A stretch of 6,107 nucleotides of DNA from Candidatus Iainarchaeum sp. (lineage in GTDB: Archaea > Iainarchaeota > Iainarchaeia > Iainarchaeales > CSSED10-239): contig PWLL01000056.1 in NCBI GenBank assembly GCA_003559395.1, forward strand, positions 1 through 6,107. Direction: 5' to 3'. Made by a program: the position numbers and the translations under genes. Shown in pieces: positions 1 through 6,107 of this stretch. Positions within the stretch are counted from its first letter, which is position 1; every line of letters begins with the position of its first letter. The notes below the pieces were generated by a model. It saw only the letters and a list, made by a program, of their open reading frames with translations, was not told where the DNA came from and ran no database searches.

Positions 1-2
1 AT

Positions 3-3000
3 AATTTTTGTGAAACAAAATATGCTTCTATTTCTGAATGGTTAACAAACAAAGGAATACCAATAAACAAGCTTAATGATTTTTTAGAATCTAAAGGAAT
101 TCCCTCTTTTGTCTTTATAATCTCTCTTTTGTTAATCATTGTGGCACTTATTTTGTTATTAACTATAAGAACAACAGAAATAAAAGCACAATTTACTATA
201 AGAGACTATGATGGCTCTCCAGTAGATAGTGTATCTATGATAATAAGAGATGATAAAGGATTAGTCTATGAAGGACGCGTATCTTCTGGAGAATCTTTGT
301 TTCTTCCCTTAAAGATAGGAACCAAATATTCTTTTATATTTTCTAAATCTGGATACGAACAAGAAACTTTAGAAAAAATAATTGAAAGTCCAGAAGAAAA
401 TATTAATATTTCTTTAGAAGAACAATTAGAAAAAGGACATTTAATTTTAACACTAATAGATTCAGAAAACGAAAGAGGAATAACTAAAGGAAAAGCAATC
501 GCAAGATTTAGAGAAAGTGGAGAACAAAAAGAAGTTTCTTTTGGCATGTCTGAAAGTTATGAAATTTCTATGCATCTTCCTTTAAGAAGAACAACCTCTA
601 TTGTTGTTCAAGCAGACGGTTATGAAAACCATGCATTTGATTATACCCTAGAAAGCCAAACTGAACAAAAAGTTGTAAAGCTTACGAGATCTGTTTTAGA
701 ATTTCAAGGAAACCCAGCAAAAGTAACTATCGTTGTTCAAGATGAACAAAGAAACCCAGTAGATGGAGCAAATGTAGAACTATACAACCAATTGAACGAA
801 CTCTTAGGTTCAAAAGAAACAACTTTAGGGAACGTTACTTTTGATACTATTGTTGGACAAGATATTAGGTTTGTTGTAACTAAAGAAGGCTACAGAACAT
901 ACGACAGCGATAAAGAAGACAAAAGTTTTTTAATTACAGAAAAAGACCAAACCTATAATGTTAGTTTAGAGCTAGGAGGAAAAGCAATTACTCTTTCTTT
1001 TTTAGATAGTGTTTCTAATCTTCCTTTACAAGACGTTTCTGTAAAGATATATAATGAAGATGGAAAACAAATATTTTCTGAAATTACAACTATGTCAGGA
1101 GATGTAGATGTTCTTGGTTTAGATGTTGATGAAGAATATATTGTTTCTGCTTGTCTTGAAGAATATCTATGTTCTCAAAAGATACTTGATATCTATACGA
1201 AAAGTAATTTTGAAGTTTTATTAGAAAAACAAACAAGAGACAATAGTGAAAGACTACTTGTTTGGTTATATGATGATTTTGGAGAACCTTTGCCAGATGG
1301 AAAAGTTTCTTTATATATTCTTGTAAATGATAGATATATTCCTGTTGGAGAAGGTGCACAAAGTTTAGATCTTTCAGCACACGCTTCTTTTATAACAAAA
1401 CCAAACAAAACATATAAAGTTGTTGGAAATTATGGAGAAATTTCTGGAGAAGAAACAATTACTATTGAACCAAACAAAGATAATAGACTTATCTTATATT
1501 TAGAAGATTCAAAAAAAATACAAACGCTTGTTTTGTTAGATGATGACGAAAGAGAAGTTATTGAAGGCCATTTGCTTATAACAACTAAAGACGGATATAT
1601 TTTGTTAGATAAAGAACTTGATGGAACAACTAATGATTTTGAGTTGTTTGGATATAGAGAGCTTGTTATTGAATATACAGACGTAAACGGAAACAAAGTA
1701 ACTTTAATAGAACAAGTTGGAGATGAAGAAATTTTAACCATTAATATAGATCAAGAAAAACAACCTGTTGGTAATTTTCCAATTGTTGATTTTGTTGGTG
1801 TTGAAGATGCTCAAGGACATAGGAGTAATTTTGTTACACCAGATAACGATTATTTTTTAATATTTAATGTTGTATTTCCTGCAAACTCTAGAAAAGGCGG
1901 ACTACATATAAGAGCTGGAACAGATGATCAAAAAGACGTTGACAATATGGCTTATGGAATCACTGGTTTTAGAGCAAACACAATAGACTATACTTATTCT
2001 ATGACCTACACAAAAGATCCTGCGCCAGGAATCTCATCTATAGATTTTCTAAATACAGGAAGAGAAGGAGAACTAAACAAATGGTTAAATCTTGAGTGGT
2101 CTGACGAACAAGAACTTGGACAACATCAAATAAGAGTCAAGATTGAAACCACAGATATAAATCCTAACAAGCTTAAGTTTAAATATAGAGCGTGGGTGCA
2201 AGATAACGGTTATTTTTATAGAGATCCAAAAGATGATATCCTTGATACACAACAAATAACAAACGAAAGAGAAGGACTTTATGCAAACACAAAGAACTTG
2301 TTTGTAGATGTGTTTGAAACACCCGCAGATTGTTCTGATGATTTTTGTATATCCTACAAATTTATTGATGAAGATTTAATGAGTCATGAAAGAGGAGAGT
2401 TTTATGCAGTTGAAGATAATCTATATGCTTTAGAAGTAAATCTTTATAGTTTTAAAAACACAGAAGTTAATCTTCTAGCAAAAACATCAACTACCTCTCC
2501 AATAATTTCTTTTGTTTCTTTAGAAGATAGAGCAACTTTTCCACAAAACATAAATATCGATGCTATAAACGAGCTAGAGGTTTCTGAAAACTCCATTAAC
2601 CTTACAGCTGGAGTGCAGAAGAAAATGTACCTCTTTTTTGCAACTAAAGCTTTAGGAAGCACATATGTTGATCTTTTCACAAGTGGGCCAACTATCTCTT
2701 CTCAAGAAGAAAGATTTAGTTTTAACATCTTGCCAGAAAAAGAAATGGCTGTTGAGCTGATTCCTGATTTTGTGCTTACAAGAGGAGAAGCTTTAAAGAT
2801 AAATGTTAGAGATGCAGAAACAAATGAGCCGATAGAAAACGCATTTATAAAAATAGAAAACGAATACAAAGAATTTATAACTTCCTTAAAAGGAGATAGA
2901 CTTAACGGAAGAGGGGGAGAATATACAATCTCTCAAAACATAAATTCAAATAAAATTTTTGTGAACGTTTCAGCATATGGCTATAAACCAATAACAAGAG

Positions 3001-6000
3001 AGCTTGTGGTTGGTGATACAGGACTTATACATGCACTAGATCAAATAAACATTAATGTTGGAGAAGAACAATCACAAGCACAAACAACAATTGATCTAAG
3101 AAACACAGGCAGAAACACTATTGAAAATATAAAAACAGAAGTTAGTTTTATTTTGCCAGTAAGCACTATGCATATAGAAACAATACACGACCATGAGTTG
3201 TTTTCTCAAACAACCTCTGAGCTAGATATTATAGTTAATGTTAACAAAGATGTTAGTTTTAGAAAAGCCAAAGCAATCGTGCTTGTTTCAGGATTTATAG
3301 GTAACCAACATGTTGTAAAACCAATCGAAGTGGTTATTACTAAAGGAAGAGTGATGTCAGATTGTTTAGTTGTAAAACCAGAAGTTGTTTCTTTGTCAGT
3401 TGGGTTACAAAAAGACTCTGAAATTAGACAAGAGGTTTATATAACAAACGACTGTGAGCAGCCAGTAACCATTACTCCAGAGATTGTTTCCTTAGACGCA
3501 AGAGAAGATGAAGACCTTGATTTAAATCTTGCACAGTTTACTGTTCTTTCTGGAGAACAAAGAGAGTTTGAGTTGTTAGTTACAAATCAAAAAGAAAGAA
3601 AAAGAGGAAGTACACAAAGATATGAAGTTTATTGGAACAATCCTTTATATATTATTGATAACACAAAAATAAATGTTGACTTTTTTAACATAAGAGAAGT
3701 TTTGAAAGTATATAATTTAGGAGGAATGCATCCTCAAAACATCATCTATCTAACAATGACTCAACCAGTTTCACAAGAACCATCTATACTTTACACTGGC
3801 TTTTATTTAAAGAACGAAGGACAAGTACCAATAAGAGATATAATTATCTCAGACAAGCCAAAAGGACTTACAGCAAACATATCAGCAAAAATACAACCAA
3901 TCACAAAAGACATCTTAAGACCAGGCGAAGGAGTTCAAGTAAATATTGTTTATGAGTCTAAGAGCAGATATACAACTTTAGACGATATTATTTATGATAT
4001 TAAAGGTTATGGTCCAGGTATTGGTTCAACAGTATCAACAGAAGTAATAAATGTTTTTTTAATATCTCCACCAGATTGTTTACAAATAATTCCAAAGCAA
4101 CTAAACTATGGAATAGATCTTGGAAGTTCACAAGAAAGAACAATCACTCTAAAAAACACATGTGCAGAAGCTGTAACTGTTTATGATCTTGATAAAAGAG
4201 ATGAGTTGTATAGACAAACTTTTGGAAATAACGAAGTAAGTTTCTTTCCACAAACTTCACCAAGAATCCTTCAAGGACAAAGTGCAAGTTTTACTTTGAA
4301 GATAGATGCTAGTGATTATCATACTGCATATAACACTCCTTTAAAAGTTTTAGCAAGAACAGATACAGGACATCTTATTGCTTCAGAACAAACAAACATA
4401 TATGTTGATATTATGCCAAAAGATGAAAGAGATTTACAAACTTTAAGACAGATTCAGCAAAGAAGAGTTCCTGTTTGTGGTTCTGATGAAACAACTAACG
4501 TTAGTTTTCCTTTAATTTCAGAAGATTGTTTGCGTAATGGTTATTGTGATGGATATAGTGCAGGAAAAGTAATCTTAGACAAAATAAAAGCACTACAAGC
4601 AAATATTGTTAGTCTTTCTGCACAACTAGATAACAAAATAGAAAACACTGGTTGTTATGTTGCTGGAGGAGATGTAAGAAGCTGTAACATAACAGACCTA
4701 CATCATGATCTACAACCAATTGAGTTTGATATTTATTTGCAAAACGATATTGTTAGTAAAGAGCTTTTGCAAGAAATGTTGAACAGAGATAGACAAACAG
4801 ATCGACAAGAATATTCAAAGATAAACAATTATCTTGTTATGGATACTCCTGCCACAAGACCAACAGACGTTTCATTTGTAGGAAATAGAATCTTTGTTCC
4901 TGGAGATGTTGTTGGTTGTGGAAGATACAGAATAACCATTGATGCAGCCGTAGCAACCACACACACAGACCTAATGCCAGAAAGAGCGTATTTTTATGTA
5001 GAGCTTGATGATTATGAAAAAACAGAAGTTTGTGAAAAAGATATACAAAACTATCAGATTTTCTTACCACTAAACAAAGAATTGTCTGCACAAAAAACAC
5101 ATAATACGTGGTTGTTGAAGTTTTTAGGAGATAGAGATTTTGTGCCTGATATTGTTAAAGATTTGTTTGATGATGATTATGAAAGACACACAACAGATGT
5201 TTCAGCACATACGAATCTATTAAACCTTGAGTTTGATAAGATTCAAGAAAAAGAAGATGCTTTAGCAAAAGTAATCTTTGGAGATGGTGTTACTCCAACA
5301 AGAGCAAGACCAGAAAAACTAGATGTTATTCTTAATGAAGACTATCTTGTGGATGGAGATATTGGAAAGTCTGAACATTTTGTAAATACTGCAAGTAAAG
5401 TTATTAGAAATCTAATCATAGATAGACAACACATAGACATGTGTGTTGCAGAAGATAGATCCTATTTGTTGGTTTTAGATTTTGTAGAAGTTGATGATCT
5501 TGTTTTTGAGTTTAAGGATAAGAACCCTGATCTTGTTATAAAAAATGAAAAAGTTTGTAAAGATTTTATAATAAAATCAACTGTTGGAGAAGAAGTTAAC
5601 TTTGATGTTTCTTCAGATATTGATGATGTAACTAATATTACTTATATTTATGAGGGCGAAGAAACAAAAAACCTAAGGTTAGTTTTAGAAGAAGATGCAG
5701 AAAAAGAATTTGCGGTTTGTGTAAAGCCAAGAGCAAACAATCTTTTAGGAAGATTAGTTGGAGAAAAAATAGATGTTTCTGCAATAAGTCAGTATGTGAT
5801 AAAAGGAACTGAAGGAAAAAGAGAAGTAAAAAGACAGATTAATCTTGAAGGTTGTGGAATTACTCCTGTTAAGCTTTTAGAAGAGATTAATAGAGTTTCA
5901 GGAGTTATGGAAGATAAAGCAGAAGATCGTTCTTTTGTTGCTTTAGTTAGTTGGAATGAAAGATATAGTTCTGCAAATCAAGAAGCCTTTTGTACAACTT

Positions 6001-6107
6001 TAGAAAAATATTATTCAGATAAAAAACATGAAGGTGATTTGTTTTTTGATTCTGTTGATTTTTGTGATAGTGTTGAGAGACCAAGTGAGATGGAAGAAGC
6101 ACAAAGA
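3..6107 (+). CDS. Internal fragment (2035 codons, open at both window edges) of a very large membrane-anchored, multi-domain beta-sandwich cell-surface or adhesin-like protein. No family-level name can be assigned.
   Basis: Hand translation of + frame 3 (codons start at positions divisible by 3) gives 2035 sense codons with no TAA, TAG or TGA. In DNA of about 30% GC a random frame closes every few dozen codons, and the longest ORF listed in the track is 103 aa. Codon bias is coherent throughout: about 79 of about 86 Arg codons are AGA, and GAA, AAA, GGA and TTA are preferred. The protein shows recognisable domain periodicity. No in-frame ATG, GTG or TTG lies upstream of the TM helix, and the first ATG is M79 at nt 237, after the helix, so the start is upstream of nt 1. 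There is no stop before nt 6107, so the gene continues downstream. Confidence 0.96.
108..167 (+). other. Single predicted transmembrane helix (signal-anchor-like), a sub-feature of the CDS
   Basis: aa 36-55 read FVFIISLLLIIVALILLLTI: 20 consecutive uncharged, mostly aliphatic residues. K31 lies before the helix and R56 after it. It is the only such hydrophobic stretch in the 2035 residues. No signal-peptidase-like A-x-A or lipobox Cys follows it. Confidence 0.8.
186..1751 (+). repeat. Six tandem protein-level repeats of 78-94 aa, PEGA/CarboxypepD_reg-like beta-sandwich. Approximate unit boundaries: nt 186-419, 420-689, 690-971, 972-1229, 1230-1508, 1509-1751.
   Basis: A recurring pattern is visible: hydrophobic strand, D-x-x-x-x-P-(V/L/I)-x-(D/G)-(A/V)-x-V-x-(I/L), loop with G, Y-x-(F/V)-x-(V/F)-x-K-x-G-Y, then x-(V/I)-x-L-E. 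Examples: FTIRDYDGSPVDSVSMIIRD...KYSFIFSKSGYEQ...NINISLE; VTIVVQDEQRNPVDGANVELYN...IRFVVTKEGYRTY...YNVSLE; LVWLYDDFGEPLPDGKVSLYI...YKVVGNYGE...LILYLE. Family assignment is by motif recognition only, with no HMM run. Units 2 and 6 are the weakest matches. Confidence 0.65.
1752..2747 (+). other. Unassigned beta-rich, aromatic-rich module or modules of about 330 aa inserted between PEGA-like repeats 6 and 7
   Basis: aa 584-915 do not fit the repeat pattern on either side. The region contains a Trp cluster (KWLNLEWSDEQ...YRAWVQDNGYFYRDP; W694, W699, W731) and many Tyr and Phe. It has a C-x4-C mini-loop (CSDDFC, nt 2331-2348). A distal part (about aa 800-915) has an alternating-hydrophobic, strand-like pattern. 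I recognise no family signature. Confidence 0.4.
2748..3011 (+). repeat. Seventh, isolated PEGA/CarboxypepD_reg-like repeat
   Basis: aa 916-1003 read AVELIPDFVLTRGEALKINVRDAETNEPIENAFIKIEN...GGEYTISQNINSNKIFVNVSAYGYKPITRELVVG. This has the same D-x-x-x-x-P-I-x-x-A-x-I-x-I ... G-x-Y ... V-x-V-S-A-x-G-Y-K signature as the N-terminal array, and is arguably the cleanest copy. Confidence 0.65.
3024..4415 (+). repeat. Four consecutive Ig-like beta-sandwich domains (CARDB/ASH/PapD-like), about 109-122 aa each. Approximate boundaries: nt 3024-3350, 3351-3698, 3699-4064, 4065-4415.
   Basis: Each unit has an early strand ending in (L/I)-x-N-x-(G/C)-x-x-x-(I/V)-x-x-(I/V) and a later L-x-x-G-(E/Q)-x-x-x-(F/V)-x-(L/V)-x-(V/I) strand. 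Early strands: TTIDLRNTGRNTIENI; EVYITNDCEQPVTITPEI; GFYLKNEGQVPIRDIII; RTITLKNTCAEAVTVYDL. Late strands: FTVLSGEQREFELLVT; ILRPGEGVQVNIVY; ILQGQSASFTLKID. Fold family is inferred from motif resemblance only. Confidence 0.6.
4416..4802 (+). other. Cys-rich segment (5 Cys) enclosing a short heptad-repeat amphipathic helix
   Basis: aa 1472-1600 read ...RRVPVCGSDETTNVSFPLISEDCLRNGYCDGYSAGKVILDKIKALQANIVSLSAQLDNKIENTGCYVAGGDVRSCNITD... The Cys are at 1492, 1509, 1515, 1551 and 1561. Hydrophobic residues at 1524, 1528, 1531, 1535, 1538 and 1542 are spaced 4-3-4-3-4, which is a/d heptad-like. Confidence 0.5.

Noticed and set aside
22-45. Seven-codon + strand mini-ORF in frame 1 (atg ctt cta ttt ctg aat ggt taa) near the window start, considered as a leader peptide or true gene start
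   Set aside because: It is out of frame with the long ORF, which is already open from nt 3. It is too short to evaluate and is most simply chance.
266-547. Minus-strand ORF, 93 aa (track entry)
   Set aside because: It lies entirely antisense to the stop-free frame-3 CDS. Its S/F/L/I-rich, low-complexity translation is what the reverse complement of GAA/AAA/AGA-rich codons produces. It has no independent support and sits within PEGA-like repeats 1-2 of the sense protein.
1090-1408. Two mutually overlapping minus-strand ORFs (1090..1380, 96 aa; 1193..1408, 71 aa)
   Set aside because: They overlap each other in different frames and are both antisense to the giant CDS. Their translations have no recognisable motif. 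Short open antisense frames like these are readily produced by chance inside a 6.1-kb AT-rich gene.
1511-1517. A7 homopolymer (also T7 at 4054-4060), considered as slipped-strand phase-variation tracts in a surface-protein gene
   Set aside because: Runs of 7 are expected by chance in DNA of about 30% GC. They are shorter than tracts that typically phase-vary. Population-level length variation cannot be judged from one sequence.
1430-1741. Minus-strand ORF, 103 aa (longest in the track)
   Set aside because: It is very Ser-rich and low-complexity (SSS, SLSS runs), coming from the complement of GAA, GAT and AGA codons. It is antisense to repeat units 5-6, and the sense frame has much stronger coding evidence.
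2444-2680. Minus-strand ORF, 78 aa
   Set aside because: It is embedded antisense in the CDS, with no domain signal and no flanking non-coding space for its own expression signals.
4362-4370. D-T-G tripeptide (ARTDTGHLIA) resembling the aspartic protease active-site motif
   Set aside because: It lies in a strand of the fourth Ig-like domain. It lacks the hydrophobic-hydrophobic-D-T/S-G-S/A context and has no second catalytic Asp motif or protease-sized domain. Likewise, no HExxH or GxSxG was found by eye.
4958-4967. (CA)5 microsatellite encoding T-T-H-T
   Set aside because: Five units is too short to be meaningful, and it is in frame and translated as ordinary sequence.
4837-5100. Minus-strand ORF, 87 aa
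   Set aside because: It is embedded antisense in the CDS. Its hydrophobic L/F/V-rich translation is typical of antisense AT-rich coding DNA and is not evidence of a membrane peptide.
405-5642. N-x-S/T sequons (about 10 by hand: N135, N277, N319, N468, N866, N988, N1292, N1499, N1562, N1878), considered as evidence of heavy N-glycosylation
   Set aside because: The count is at or below what the Asn, Ser and Thr content would give by chance, so there is no enrichment to report.
1-6107. Looked for DGR template/variable repeat pairs, CRISPR repeats, IS inverted repeats, tRNA/rRNA-like segments, intergenic promoters and terminators
   Set aside because: No long direct or inverted nucleotide repeats were evident by eye. 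The protein repeats are diverged at the DNA level. There is no non-coding space in the window. A proper self-dot-plot or BLASTN-vs-self would be needed to exclude short imperfect TR/VR-type repeats.

Overview
The whole 6107-nt window is one uninterrupted reading frame on the + strand (frame 3, nt 3..6107, 2035 sense codons), open at both edges. It is an internal piece of a very large, possibly giant, gene. The ORF track misses it, presumably because the frame has no stop, and no plausible start, inside the window. All six listed minus-strand ORFs lie antisense within it and look spurious. The DNA is AT-rich (about 30% GC by eye), the coding strand is purine-rich, and Arg is almost always AGA. 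I translated the frame by hand and see this architecture:
- Short pre-membrane segment.
- One 20-residue hydrophobic helix (nt 108-167).
- Six tandem, highly diverged PEGA/carboxypeptidase-regulatory-like beta-sandwich repeats (nt 186-1751).
- An unassignable aromatic-rich module of about 330 aa (nt 1752-2747).
- A seventh PEGA-like repeat (nt 2748-3011).
- Four Ig-like (CARDB/ASH/PapD-like) domains in an A-B-A-B pattern, with a conserved Cys pair in each B unit (nt 3024-4415).
- A 5-Cys segment containing the only clear heptad/amphipathic helix (nt 4416-4802).
- An acidic region of more than 430 aa with spaced Cys pairs and no motif I recognise (nt 4803-6107).

This fits a membrane-anchored, disulfide-stapled cell-surface or adhesin-like protein, as reported from AT-rich small-genome or episymbiotic lineages (DPANN archaea, CPR, Omnitrophota). 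Taxon and function are inference only. I found no catalytic motif, RNA gene, CRISPR array, mobile element, intergenic region or regulatory site. With a single gene fragment and no neighbouring genes, the window cannot support a multi-gene system claim. All counts are hand counts and all domain boundaries are approximate.
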